A DNA stretch of 63,608 nucleotides, counting the filler, from Reticulomyxa filosa (taxonomy: Eukaryota; Protista; Foraminifera): the NCBI GenBank assembly GCA_000512085.1. It is 15 parts of 15 records of this genome, joined end to end, with 100 filler letters (N's around TTAATTAATTAA, not from the genome) between each part and the next. Parts side by side here need not be neighbours in the genome. Positions count along the whole stretch, not along the records: positions 1 to 1,373 come from ASPP01050393.1; positions 1,474 to 4,691 come from ASPP01021340.1; positions 4,792 to 8,890 come from ASPP01000265.1; positions 8,991 to 17,067 come from ASPP01026095.1; 11 more parts are not named here. The stretch is one strand, 5' to 3'. The notes beneath the pieces are model-generated. The model saw only the letters and a program-made list of their open reading frames with translations, was not told the DNA's origin and made no database searches. Each line of letters opens with the position of its first letter. Within the stretch, counting starts at the first letter, position 1. This document shows, one piece after another, positions 1-13,139 of this stretch. The translations under genes and the position numbers were made by a program.

Positions 1-1229
1 GCAAACGTATTTGATGTGCTCTTGACGTTTCCACGTCACAATTAACATAAGAGAGCATGTGTTTTCCTCGATGTTGTGACAATTGTGAAGCAGCTTATCG
101 ACTATTTTTTCATTTTCTTCAAAGGTTTCATTGCAATGATGATTGATATATTTCACTACATTGATTTCAAAATTTTTACCTTAAAAAAACTTGAAATATA
201 TTGTCAATCATCATCTTCTTTGCTCAGTTCTTATTGTGTTTGTTTTTCCATCTTCCATGCCAATAATTTGTTTGGTTTGAGCAAGATTAAAACATTCCAA
301 CTCCACAGTTGCATCAAGTGGTGAATGAGGGCACAGCCAATTTTCGTTAAACCAATTTCTTTTCTTGGTATCACGTGATATTTTTTGTTGGTTTTTGAGA
401 CGATTGAGATCAGAATAAGCACTTGTTCCGTCATTGCATTATTTCTTGATTTTTTACAAACCTTTTTTTTTTATTTTCCTCCGTGTGTGTATTCAAATAG
501 CAATAATATTCGCTTATTCAACGCAAATAATGCCGAAAATTCTTTGTATTTGTACATTGTGCTGGTCTCTTTCACATCTTAGTCATTCCCAAGCAAAATA
601 AAAATGTATACGTTGTTATGACAAAAAAACAATGATATATTTTTGAGAAAGTGTGTAACTCGTTGCTGCAAATCTCTTCATTAGCATGTTGTAAGAGATC
701 TTGCAAATACTTTGCAATACCAGTTATAACTGACCGGTCATCATGAAAAAAGGGTGTTTCTTATGTGACGGTGTTTGGATGGCAAAAGGGGACCAGCAAG
801 CTTCTTTCCTCAAGCACCGCAAAGCATTGCATGTAATCAGCAGTTCCGTTGTGATCGTTGGGCGAACCAATTATTCAACAAAATACGAAAGATTTCTCGG
901 TCGTCAAAACTGACTGACTCCACAAACACAGCCTTGCCAATGTCGCATGTGTCAAAAATGACTCTATCACCAGCTCTCACAGCCGAGGCTTTTTTGCGTC
1001 GCAGGTGGCACATTCAAGAAGGGGGTATTTAGTGCCGTGCTCGACTCACACGTCTGACCACATCATCTATTTTCGATTTTCGACGATGTGGATAGTTGAG
1101 TTCAAAGGCTTCTGTCAAATCTTGCAATTGGCCCAACTCGATATTGGAGCGCAATTTTTTTCTGAAAGAAGTTTTTCGCAGACTGAGGATTTGCTTATGT
1201 CGCTGCAGTTGAATTTGTGATTGCTCCAA
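1..1229 (-). pseudogene. Decayed CAP-Gly-domain gene
   Basis: Minus strand ~975-775 reads AGDRVIFDTCDIGKAVFVESVSFDDREIFRILLNNW, then after a frameshift SPNDHNGTADYMQCFAVLEERSLLVP. This is the CAP-Gly pattern (GDRV..G.V.FVG...GI.LD.W..N.HNGTV...YF), with stops and frameshifts around it. Confidence 0.55.
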
Positions 1230-1373
1230 GTAAGCTGCAATATGATATGATTAATGATTTCGGAGTGATTTGTAAAATATGAGCCAGTAAAAAGACCTTT
1301 TTGCCAATTGTGTTAATTGGGATTCTATGAGTTCCATTTTGATACCAATAATTTCAGGATTCGTCGCTCACAA

Positions 1374-1473
1374 NNNNNNNNNNNNNNNNNNNNNNNNNNN
1401 NNNNNNNNNNNNNNNNNTTAATTAATTAANNNNNNNNNNNNNNNNNNNNNNNNNNNNNNNNNNNNNNNNNNNN
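1374..1473. other. Artificial contig linker (N44-TTAATTAATTAA-N44). Identical linkers at 4692, 8891, 17068, 21928, 26295, 27795, 38903, 44044, 45648, 50906, 60044, 61223, 62334 (each 100 bp)
   Basis: Identical six-frame-stop core flanked by Ns, 14 times; genes are truncated at these points. Confidence 0.98.
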
Positions 1474-2110
1474 CTCGAGGATGAATGCCAATGAAAAACA
1501 AGTCTTTCAATTTTTTTAAAAAAAGCAACGCAATGAAAACTTTTAAAGAATCCTCCGAATGTTTGGTTACTTTATTATATTTTTTAAGTAAATGAAATGT
1601 TTAGAATTTATTATATTTACAATGTGTCCCCAAATGTCGAATCATGTATTGAGTATTGGCATCAAATGTCCATTATTGGATACGATAAAATAAGTTAACA
1701 ATTGGTTGTCTGATGGTAAAAAATTGCCAAATATTGGAAAACTTTTTGAAGTTTTAAATAAATTTTTCAAATTTCAAGAATAAAAAGGGTCTTGTTTTAT
1801 TTTTCACTGTTATATCCTATGCGGACAAAGCATCTTTAATTTAATGAATGTGTGCAAGTCTGAAAAAATGAAAGATTGATAGAAATTCTATTACAAAAGA
1901 TTATTTTATTTTTTTAAATTTGGTTCCAATTTAAGTTTGATTTGTGAGTAAAGACTGGTTAGTCTGAATAAGTGTCAATATGAAAACAAAGTTGTATTTC
2001 AAATACTCATGAAAATTTTTAAGTATAGTGTCTCTTCGAAGAATAAAATTGTTGATACCTATTTAGGACATTAATTTATTTTATTTGACACTCAAGCCAA
2101 ATAGGTTTTT

Positions 2111-4662
2111 CTACCATTGATTGTTCGCTCGCCAACCTTGATTTCCCCAATTTTGATGAGGAAGCGGATAGCTATGCCCAGGCTGCTGTCCATGAGGCCA
2201 ACTCATATTTGGTGGACCAAAGTCATCTGGGGGCCTTCTTTGGGTTTGTGGTGGCCAATGCCCTGGCCCATGTCTGTTGTAATTGTTATCTTCAATCTGT
2301 CCAAAACCACTTCTGCGCTCTCTGTCTCGGTCTCCGCGGTCATACCGGCCAGTATTAATGCTTCTTCGATTGTTATCACGACCGCGGTAGTCAATGGGTC
2401 TGCGCGTATTATCACGATCTCTTTCTCCACGACTAAATGTCATGCCCCCGGAATTGTTAGTAGTTCCTTGTATTCTATTTCCTCCCAAGCGACCTCGGAC
2501 TGCCCCTCTCTCTCTTTCCCTGTTTTCTCTATCTCGTTCGGGATGTGTTCTCTTGCGTTCTATGGATGAGCCAAACGGCCCACGACTACGGTCTTGAGGT
2601 GGTTTATTTAAAGTAGAACGAGGTGCGAAAGGATTATTGGTATCTGTAATATCGCGCCCAGAGTCATCGAATTTTTTATGACTCAGCCCTAATTGAGGAC
2701 ATCCTGCCTTGGGATGATCAGCCCCGCATTGCAAGCATACATGCTTCCGGTGGCATTGAGATGCAGGAAAATGACATCCATGTTGCCCCCGATTGAACAT
2801 ATTGCATATTTCTTGGCCACGACAATTCAGACATCGATGTCGAGGTATGGCGGCACCACACGCAACGCAAACGTGTTTGAATTGGCAGCGATCGTTATTG
2901 CATCCCACATTCTTGCGATTGTAACTTGGACAAGGCTCAATGGCTTCCTCCAGCCCGGTTTGGTGCGGAGGAGTACGACAATGCTTAAAATACTCGTAGC
3001 TACTATTTATTGAATATCGACAGACTTGACACTCGTATTGTTGGGTCACTTGACATCTTACAAGAGAAAGCATCATCAAAATGTTGTTATTATCGTGTTT
3101 GGGCGACAATAAGTGCGATTTCCAGTCTCCGTTTACACTTTCGTCACATAAAATACATTTATTCAGAGGCAATTTGCTTTCGATTTCCGTCAATTTGAGT
3201 CTTGATTTTTTGGATATTTCGCTGACGTGTGAAGTCGATTTAATGTGCGTGCGCAGCGCATACTTATGAAGTAGTCCGATACTACACACATTGCAATAGT
3301 ACATGTGCTCGTGCATTGGTTCATCGCAGCCGATGTCATTGGCCTCCGAATCGTCTGCCTTGACAAATGCCAGCACGTAGTTGTTCATTTCTGCGCCTTT
3401 CAGTTTTTCCAATGCACTTTCGCGATCAGCTTTGGACTTGAACGAGACAAACATGTTGGTGTTGTCATTCATGACTGGGTCAAAGCGCACGACATTGCTT
3501 ACGCCATTCTTAAAAAACAAGGATTTCAAACGCTTTTGTAACTCTTCTTTTGGCAAATGATTTGGCAAATCTGCAATCATCATACGAGGATAGCGACAAT
3601 GCAATACGAGTCGACTGATTACCTTGTTTAGATCTGCGCCGCTGACATCCAAATTTCGATTGCCACCCACTTCATTGATATATATTATGGGTGTCTTTAC
3701 TATCCCTCCCGCTATAATGCTTGCTGTTGTATCGGATACTGTCTCTAGTTTGTTGCTATTTGTTGTCGCGCTCGTATTCGAACTACTGGTCGCGTTTTCA
3801 CTTGAATTCGAATTTGAATTTGAATTTGTATTTGAATTTGTATTTGAATTTATATTTGTGTTAGTAACAGAGGTACTACTAGTGTCAGTGTTGGCATTAT
3901 CATTGGAACTGGAATTAGAATTAGAATTCGTATCCGTATTTGTATTACTGTTCGCACTGGCATTGTTATTGTCAGTATTGGCCGTTTTGCTGTCAGTTTG
4001 ATGTTTGTAGCCTTTTCCCAAAGGTCCAAAGCCACCAATGGTAAACACCTGTCCTTGATAGCGAACAATATCATCAACGACAAATCTGGTGATATTGTGA
4101 TCCACCAATGGACACTCCATCCACGAATGAACCCAAAACAATTTCGACAACGATGTTTTAACTTGCATTCTGAACTTACATTCACGTTGCCTCCGTCGGT
4201 TTGGCCGTTGTTTGTGTTTGTGACATCTTCGGAAAAAGTGTTTTTTTTGATTTGGAGTGACTCTGCAGGACAACCACAAGGCGTATTGTACAACACACAT
4301 ATCTCAGTAATCGACACGGTTTCAAATTTGCTGACATTTGTTGCAAAGATGACATCGGCGTTGGTTTGTTTTTCCTTGTCTCCGCTCTCTCCTGGGGTAG
4401 TGCTGTTGGACGAGACAGATTGGCCGTGTTTTCGTACAGAATTGATGTCTGTCAATGGCTTATCCAAATCCACTTGAGGATAGTAATCCTTTTCCATGTC
4501 AATGTCAAATAGATTTTTACGTATTTTATTGCGATCTTTTCCAGATGGCACTGCTTTGATATATGTGGTTGATTTGCTCGGAAAAGACGATTGTTCATCA
4601 CGAGCTCGTTGATATTCGTAAAACCCGACCGCCAAAATGTTTTGTCGCGCTTCATACGCCTC
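2111..4662 (-). CDS. Multi-zinc-finger RNA-binding protein (5'-truncated): C3H-C2HC finger, N/S/T-rich linker, RRM, three C2H2 (U1/matrin-like) fingers, two more C3H-CxxC fingers, RG-rich tail; one frameshift at ~4130
   Basis: ORFs 3850..4635 and 2111..4300. RRM: MMIADLPNHL..MFVSFKSKADRESALEKLKG. C2H2: CNVC..H..STSH, CILC..H..SPKH, CQVC..H..TPPH. CCCH: CPSYNRKNVGCNNDRCQFKHVCVAC and CNMFNRGQHGCHFPASQCHRKHVCLQCGADHPKAGC. Acceptor aag| at 4663. Confidence 0.8.
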
Positions 4663-5269
4663 CTTTTATGTTGTGTTGTGTTGTGTTGTGTNNNNNNNNN
4701 NNNNNNNNNNNNNNNNNNNNNNNNNNNNNNNNNNNTTAATTAATTAANNNNNNNNNNNNNNNNNNNNNNNNNNNNNNNNNNNNNNNNNNNNTAACTTTCT
4801 TTTTTATCTTACTGTAGTTAATTTGTACTTAAATATTCCAAAAAGTGTAGAATGGATCTTTCAAGAAACTTGCACTTCAAGGAGGGGTGGTTTTGTTAAA
4901 TTAAAGAGCAAACAAAAGTAAATAACGTTGCATGAAAAGTATTTTGCTAATTTTTATTGAAGATTAAACAATTTTTACTTGTATCGAGCTGGTTATTAGT
5001 ACACAAAGTTTGACATACGTCATTTTCTCACTTATCAAAAGCTATTTAACTTTTTTTTTCGATCTTGCAATAAGTGAGTGAAAGTGTTTAATTCTAAACT
5101 TTGTCTTAACACTTTTCACTAAAGCCAGTAATCTTTGCTTAAATAGCAAGTTAAAGTACTCAATCCAGAAAGGACATATCACTAAAAGAAAAGCAAATCA
5201 CAGTCTTTTATTTCATATCTTTTGGATTGTAAAGGTTTTATGAGGAAAAATTGTATTTTGTGTTTTTAG

Positions 5270-7560
5270 TTTATTAATTGCATTGTTCAGATTTTCCTTT
5301 TGTTTCTGCTACATATTTCACAAGTTCTTGCGATATATCAGGATCACATGTATTTGACCCAACTACTAAATTTTTTAAGTTGAATTTATTTTCATTTATA
5401 TCTGGAATAAGAATATTGATTTTTGAATATCAGTTGTTTCTTATATTATTGTATTGTTTGCATTTTATCAAATAATGTTCTAATGATTCTGTTTCATATA
5501 TGTACACTTTGCATTAAGGTGCATCAGATCTTTAATGAGATATAAATATTCATTCATCATTACTTTGCCTGATATTATTCTGCATATAATTCTGCGTTCA
5601 TGTACGGTCTTTTCAAAGATTTAGCTTCAATTAAATTTAGGAAGAAAGTTTTTGTATGTATGTGTTGTATTGTTTCTGCACCTTCATTTATCAAATGTCA
5701 ATTCTATATATAGCAAAGCTTGGAGTTAGTCCTTTTTTTTAACGATCATTAATTGCATATTCAATTTCACTACATTCTGTCATTGATGGATCTTGAATAA
5801 TCATTCTGACTCCTCCAAATCCTGGGTTCGAAAATGTACTGCCATCAACATATATAATAACAGTGTCCCTTTGTAATGAATATAATATTTCTTCTAACTA
5901 CTGTTCTGTATATTGTGGAAAAGGACTTTTTATTAAATAATGAATTTTTGTTTTTGTTATTGTGATCTATTGATAAATTGATGTTTGTCTGTCACAACAT
6001 GTGGAACTTTTGCTTGATCTGCATGGCATGCTCTTGATAGTGTATATAATTCACCTTTCCAACAAAAGAATTCTCCGTTGAGATTATATGATTTTCTTTA
6101 CATGATTTATATGCAATTGACATATTATGTGTATGGAGTTTTTTGGATAAACGGATACATTTGTGATATAATTTGATTTTTTCTTGTTGTCTTCTTAGTT
6201 CGAATTGTGGAATCTGTGATATAATGTTTAAGTATCGTACAATGTATTATTCATCACTGCAAGTATTCTGCAAATTGCCAGTCTTTGTATACGTTCTAAT
6301 TTTTTCTTATGGACTTCTGATGCTCCGTTCCAAAATGGACATGCATACTCCAGAATATGAAGTATGATTATTTCATAAATTAAAGTATATACAGATACGA
6401 TTGGTTGTATTCATTTATATGAACATATATATTTAAGGTATCCAGATTTCGATTAGCTTTCACATAAACATAGTATATGTGTTGCTTATACGTCAAGTTG
6501 GAGTCATTATAAGTCACAAGTATTTAAATTGTTCTTATTCTTAAATGTATTTTTCATTTAGTTGGATTTTCAATTTGTGTATTTTCTTTTTTCTTATTTC
6601 TAAAAGTGATACATTGAGATTTTTCTGGAATATGTTATATTTTACACATAAGGTTAAACTCGTTAATCACATTCAGACTTTCTTGCAATAAATCTTATTG
6701 CCTTTTCATTTCATTTTCATCAGAAATATATTGATGTCCATATAGCTACATCGTCTGCAAATATTTCAATATTGTTTACATATAATAGAAATAACATATG
6801 TGATAATGATGACACTTGTGGTACACTTACTTCAAATTTATACATATCTGATTTTGAACCATTTAATACAACTTCTATCATTTAGAAAGCCTTCAATCAA
6901 AAAATATATTTTCCATTCATGTTGAACTGTCTTATCATTTTGTAAATAAGTCTGTCAATTCATACACTATCATAAGCTGCAAATATCTAGCATAATGATA
7001 TATGTAACTTAGTTATTGTCAAGTGATAAGTGAATTGTTTCCAAGATTCGCATAATGAGTTCTGATTTGTTATGCAATGATTGAAAACTAGCTTGGCTAT
7101 AATGTAATAATTTGTTTTTATTTAGGTACCAAATTAGTTTCATTGTTGTTATACTTTCTAATAACTTTCTCACATAAGATAATGATATAGTTATATAATT
7201 TTTACACATACTATGATCTCTTTATGGTTTTGGTATAGTTACGATATTTGATATCATCCATAATTTAGGTACATAGCAAATTTGGAAGCTCCAATTAAAT
7301 AAAATAACTAGTGAGTCGATCATAGCTTGGCCTATATTTTTCAACATAAAATTATGTACATTGTCTAGGCCTTGTGCTTTATATGGTGATACATGCTTTA
7401 TTGCATATATTACTTCTTCTTCAGTTATATCTACTTGATACAATTCATCATTGTTGCTTTCCATATTTATTTCTGCATACATTGACATTGCAACTATAGA
7501 TCCAATTTCATATTCTATTTGTTGACAATGATTTTCATTTATTGAGTTAGGTTGTTGATG
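5270..7560 (-). mobile_element. Degenerate non-LTR retrotransposon ORF2 remnant (RT + RNase H + C-terminal Cys/His motif)
   Basis: Minus-strand fragments KAQGLDNVHNFMLK, SNIVTIPKP, KLLESI, AAYDSV, SVPQVSSLS (degenerate GVPQG), FADDVAMW (~6750), and RNase H start IIYVDGSTFSNPGFGG (~5865-5815). Many stops and frameshifts. Confidence 0.85.
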
Positions 7561-7963
7561 ATAAGCTTAACAGACAATGAAATCGCTAATTAATGCAACA
7601 TTTAAAAGTGGGCTTATCCATTGAGAGAATTTCTTGCAACATGAAGTACTTCGAGTGAAACAAAATGTTAAAAACATTTGGATATCGTTTGTGTTTTTTT
7701 TCCCTCCTTTTTTCGCTTTTTTTTTGCCAAGAGCTGATGTTTTTCAAATTTTATCATCTATTTGCAAGAGTAAACCTTTCATCAAACTGTATTATTTACG
7801 AAAGCTATTTGCTTATTGGCATCTCAAAGCTTTGAAAAATGCGGCGAATGTTGCCTCCCACGGTAAAGGACTTTGAAGTGCCAGTCGTGCACGCCTTGTT
7901 GCTGAAACACGATCGGCAGAATACGAAGAAAGTGTAACTAGAGAGGAAGAGAGGCCAAGAGGG

Positions 7964-8737
7964 ATGGAAGATCATGAAAAAGTGCGAGAATTAAAGTGTA
8001 ATACGAAAGGATCAGCGCAAAGTAATGAAGTAAAGAGCAGAAACGAAATGGTGAAGCGGACATATTCAACAAGTGAGGAAAACGGGAGCAATCCCAAAAA
8101 AAAGGCGATAGACCCATTAAGTATGAGAAACGGTAATTTGATTGAGATGAACCCAAAAAATTCATTTACGCGAATGGAAAAAGAAATTGAGCAAGTGTTG
8201 CTGGAATTTGTTCAAGATGAGCAAATTGATTACACCCATTGCTGCGATGACAATGACACGCCACCATTGCCATTACCATTGTTATCGCCATTGCCACCAT
8301 CATGTATCGACGACATACAAATAAATGCAAATACTGATTCAGACGATAGCAACAAAAGCCACAATGTGAATGTCAAAAATTTCAATGGTAGAATGTTTGG
8401 ACATAAGGAGTGTTGTTCGTTTCAAATCGAATTATTTTCGTTTTACAACATTGGCAGCAGTAATGAAAGTGACCACGATAGCGACAGTGACAGTGACCAT
8501 GACAACGATAGCGGGAAAAAAATTGCAATGGAGATACGTCGGATGAGTGGTGACGGGTTTGTGTTCAACCTGTTTTTCTCTTTGTTTATGAAAGAAATGA
8601 TTCAAAAAAAGTTGGTGGAAAATGCTCCCCACTCCAATCTTTCTACTGTGCTCGATATTGATTACGATTTTGCATTCAACCCTTTTGCTTTTCTACCAGA
8701 TTTGGATGAAGACGAGAAGGAAGAAGCATTTCGATGT
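7964..8737 (+). CDS. Exon of an uncharacterised protein with a KA1-like segment (partial)
   Basis: ORF 7964..8875 up to a probable donor at ~8737. CSFQIELFSFY...IAMEIRRMSGDGFVFNLFF resembles kinase-associated-1 motifs. Confidence 0.45.
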
Positions 8738-8990
8738 ATGTTTGTTCTATTCTATTCTTCTATTTTATTGTGTGTTTTGTTTTTTTTTTGCAAAAACAAT
8801 GCATACGTAGTTTGTGCGTTTGTGCGTAATACAGTTAATTCAAATTTTACTATTTTTTTTTTTTTATTTTTTTAGTTAAAAAAAAATAAANNNNNNNNNN
8901 NNNNNNNNNNNNNNNNNNNNNNNNNNNNNNNNNNTTAATTAATTAANNNNNNNNNNNNNNNNNNNNNNNNNNNNNNNNNNNNNNNNNNNN

Positions 8991-9593
8991 CAACAACAAC
9001 AACATCAACATCAACAACATCAACACCAACAGCAAACAGTTCCTGCAAATGGACTTTACACGAACGGAAAAGTGTCACAAAATGAAGATATGAAGGAAAG
9101 GACTCGAAGAAGAAACAGCGGCGGAAGTGGTGTTATGTCCAAATATATTGCCGAGGAAGGGTTATCTGAGCCAGGAAGTATTCGCGGGGGAAGGGATAGA
9201 GATCGAAACCAAGACCGAGATCGGGACAGAGACAGAGACAGAGACAAAGAAAAAGACAAAGAGAAAGATCGAGAACGGATAGTAAGTGACGAGCAATCAA
9301 AAGGCGGGAAAAGTACGAATCGAAGTGGGGAAATGGACAGTGAGGAATTCGAGCGAATGTTGAGTATCAAAATGGACCAGGCAAGAGCATCTGTCGAAAT
9401 TGATTCGTTTCAGGCTATCCACGGCCATGAGAAGAAGAAGCGTTTCTCCAACCACTCTGGCGACCACACTCCGCCGCAAACCCCAGTATCGCCAAGACGC
9501 TCCAACAGTGATCCAAAAAGGTGGGTTGTGTGTATGTGTAAATTGTATGATGTTATATACGGCATTGCCAATCATATCCAATGTACTTACTAT

Positions 9594-9626
<33 letters not shown>

Positions 9627-10355
9627 CATATTATGTATATGTAATATAGTGACAGTGACAGCATAGCGGCAGAGGGAACTACAACCAACCCAATGATGGC
9701 ACCTCCTCGTTTTGCAATAACACAGCCTTTGCAAGCTCCTGGAGCAGTGACATTAGGAATGGGAAATGTGCCGGACAGTGTCGTCACCAGTGCAGGGATG
9801 AATGGTGGCATCACGAATGCAGCAGCAGCAGGGTCCGCGCCGTTGATTCGTATGTATCCTCCATTGTCGGCGCCGTCTCACACGCAGCTTGGCAACAACG
9901 TACTGAACAACAACGCCTCCACGGCCATGGTGTCTCATTACGTATTGACCAACAATCCAATGCCTCTTCCATTTGTCAATAGCTATGGACAACACTATCT
10001 GTCACATGTAGTCTATACACCCGCGCCTTTCACTTTTTACGCCACCGCTCCTCCGACTCTCCCGAATGCATCTGTCCCTTCTGTCGCCTCTGCACCCACC
10101 TCCGCACCACCACCACGCCATCTACCTCCGTCACGGCTGCAGCAGCCTCTGTTTCTGTTGCTGCTCCTTCGTCTGCTGTCGTTGGCTCCACTTCTGTGCC
10201 TATTGCCACGACTGCGTCCACTTCTACGTCATCGACATCTTCAGCTTTTGGCAGCCACACCGCTTCGACCGTGTCTGCTAACAAGCTTTCTCAAGCACCA
10301 TCTGCCATTGTGGTGATGAGCAATAATAATAATAATAATAATAATATTAATAATA

Positions 10356-10390
<35 letters not shown>

Positions 10391-11023
10391 AACAATAACA
10401 ACATAAACAATAATAATATAAATAATAATAACATAAATAATAATAGCAACAACTTGTATGGCAATACGTTCAGTTCAATTCCTTTGGCGGCGATGGCAAG
10501 ACAACAGTCGGTCACATCAAACAGCTGCTCGTCATTACCTCGCGGCCGTGTGAACAGTCTGCACAACTTGAGTACTTTGCGACGGACCAGCGTGAGAGAC
10601 TTTGCACATGAGCTCCCTCCGTTCATGTCCGACAATGCGAAACGCAAGCCTGACATAGGCGGCCTCCCTCCTACCAAAGACTTAGCCTCCGTGGTGTCAA
10701 CAAGCAGTTCTGTGTCCGCCACAATGGCGGTCCCAAAGGACTTGAACAACAGCATGGTTGACAGTGCCTCGCGAATGAAAGCCCACGAGGCACCGTCCTT
10801 CTCCTCCTCACGAACTACCATCTCTCCCATTCTGTCTTCCCGAGTATCCACTTCCACCGTCGCCGCCACGTCGAGGTCTCCGAGACCCATTTTCACTAAC
10901 TCTTCCTCCTTTCGCTACAACACTGCCTCCGTTTTGCAGCCGCAAACTAGTGACCCTTTTATTGGAGGCAGAAGCGTCACACCTCCAACTGACAAACCTA
11001 ACCCGCTACCCCACCAGTATTAA
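8991..11023 (+). CDS. 3' part of a low-complexity, disordered protein (RD/KD repeats, Ala/Pro/Ser-rich, poly-Asn); intron ~9521-9649; frameshift ~10105
   Basis: GC-richer coding-like ORFs 9072, 9693 and 10196, followed by an AT-rich 3' region; no recognisable domain. Confidence 0.6.
9593..9620 (+). repeat. (CA)n microsatellite in an intron
   Basis: Direct tandem repeat. Confidence 0.9.
10322..10450 (+). repeat. (AAT/AAC)n poly-Asn-coding trinucleotide repeat
   Basis: Direct. Similar tracts at 17168-17207, 31642-31671, 33402-33428 and 63156-63200. Confidence 0.9.
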
Positions 11024-12769
11024 CATAATACATATATATGTGTATATATGTTTTGTGCAATACACTCAAACTTTTTGTTTGTGTAATTAGTTGATAAGCA
11101 ATGTGTAAGGCAGTCATCGATTTAATTTTAATCTTTCCTGATGCCGTACAACTTTGACAAGATTGTCGACTAAAAAAAAATGTTCTTTTTTTTTTCTTCC
11201 ATCCTTTTTCTACCCTTTGACCCCCCCCCTCAATATACTTTTTGTTCCAAAAAAGTTCTATTTTTATTTTTTTTTTTGATTTTTTTTTTTGTTGCTCTCT
11301 TTCTGTTGTTTTACCAGAGTCTTCCATGTGGCCATTGAATTTGTCACAAGAAAAATAAACACAGAAAGAAGACAAAAAAAAAAAAGGGTGAAGGGAGCTG
11401 TGTCATCACAGACACACACAAAAAATGTTTCTTTTTCAAAGTCCTATTTTAAGTTTGTTTGACCGTTTTGTGATGATTTTTTTTTTCTCTCTCTCTCTCT
11501 CCCATTCATCTTGACTCAATCTGGGAGCCACTTTCTCCTTGTTTCAATGTACAGAAAATAATCTCAAAAATGTGTTCGTATTAGGCACGAGTTTGTGTGT
11601 CCTTTTTTTTTGTTGCTGTGCGATTTTTATTTGTATATTTGTTTGTGGTGCTTTGGTTTTGGTTCTCTTTTTTATGCCCTTGTTAGACTAAAAAAAGGTT
11701 CTTTTTGGTTGATTTTTTTCCACTTGCACCAAACATAATCAATACAACACGCTTCATTTGAATTTTGTTGGGTGATTTTGTGGGTGTTAGCAAGACAAAA
11801 AAACTTTTTTCCGGTTGGAGTAATTAGAAACCTTTTTTTTGGTTTTTAGATATCGTTTTGTTTTTTAATAAATTTTTTTTTCCCGTTTGTCTCACCTTTT
11901 TGCTTCCTTTCTTGAACCTTATCTCCTTGTGCTGTATTTTGTTTTTGAGATGATTTGCAATATTTTGAAAAAACAATTTTTTCTTTTTGATGCTTGACAA
12001 GTGATCTCTCAACATTTTCCGAAATATAACGAATTCAACAATATTTTTTAAACTATATTTGTACTTTGTTATGAAATTAAAATAAAAGTTCTAAAATATC
12101 AAAAGAGAACAACACTGTTTTGGACGAAAATTAAGTTGTGCAAAAAAAAAAATTTCGTGTACGCTTGAAAGAAGCAAAAGAAAGTAGTGTTTCACATAAC
12201 TACAGAAATAAGTAAAATAACACGTTATTAAATGAAAACACAAAAGTGTGGTATAATACAACACAATTTTTCATCTTTTTCCAAGTCGCGAAATTTCGCA
12301 ATTTCAAATTTCCAATTGCACATTACCACCATTTATTACAAAGGATTGCCATTTGTTTTTATTTTCTCTTACCGGAAAGTCGACTTTTTTCAACAACATG
12401 TTTACAGTACAACCCAAAATTTGTTAAAAAGAAAAAAGACTTTTATTTTGTAAGGTTTATTATGCCATTTTTATCAGGTAACGGTCTTATAATTCTCATG
12501 CTTTTCAACCTAAAACTATCATCAAACAAACAAAAAAACGTAAATTAAAAGATGAACACAAAGCAATAAATCCAAATAAAATCTAATAACACTTTCAAAA
12601 TAAAATAAAAACACAAAGAACAGAAAAGAGCAAAAAGTCTTAAACTTTCGAACACCTTTTTTGTAACGTCACTATCAGTTGACTTATATTTTAAGTATAC
12701 GCAATCACACATCCTCAAAAAACAAATTTTTTGCTTTATCATGGAAGTTAACATCAAAAAAATTTGGAG

Positions 12770-12960
12770 AAACAATGAAATAAAAAAATTGCAAAGAGAA
12801 TCTGAACAAGAAATTACTCAAATTACGTGCTGACGTTGAAATTATCAAAAAAGATTTCAATGAAAAGGAAAACAAACAACTATCGCATTATGATAAATTA
12901 GTTAAATTTTTGGAAGAAAAGAATGAAAAACTCACCCAAGATGTTCAAACAAAGATGAAC
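12770..12960 (+). pseudogene. Orphan coiled-coil gene-family fragment
   Basis: Reads ..NEIKKLQRESEQE/ LLKLRADVEIIKKDFNEKENKQLSHYDKLVKFLEEKNEKLTQDVQ across a frameshift; no intact gene around it. Confidence 0.35.
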
Positions 12961-13139
12961 AAAAAGAAAATGATAATATATTTCCCAACCATAATCATTT
13001 TAAAAAAGGAAATAAATAATGCAAACCACAACTCCAATAAAACATTTGCAAATCGTTGAATCAAGACTTGCAATTCCAGGAAGGAAAAAATTAAAGTGAG
13101 AGCTGCGCAATTTTGTTTATGAGATCTTTGGATTTATGA

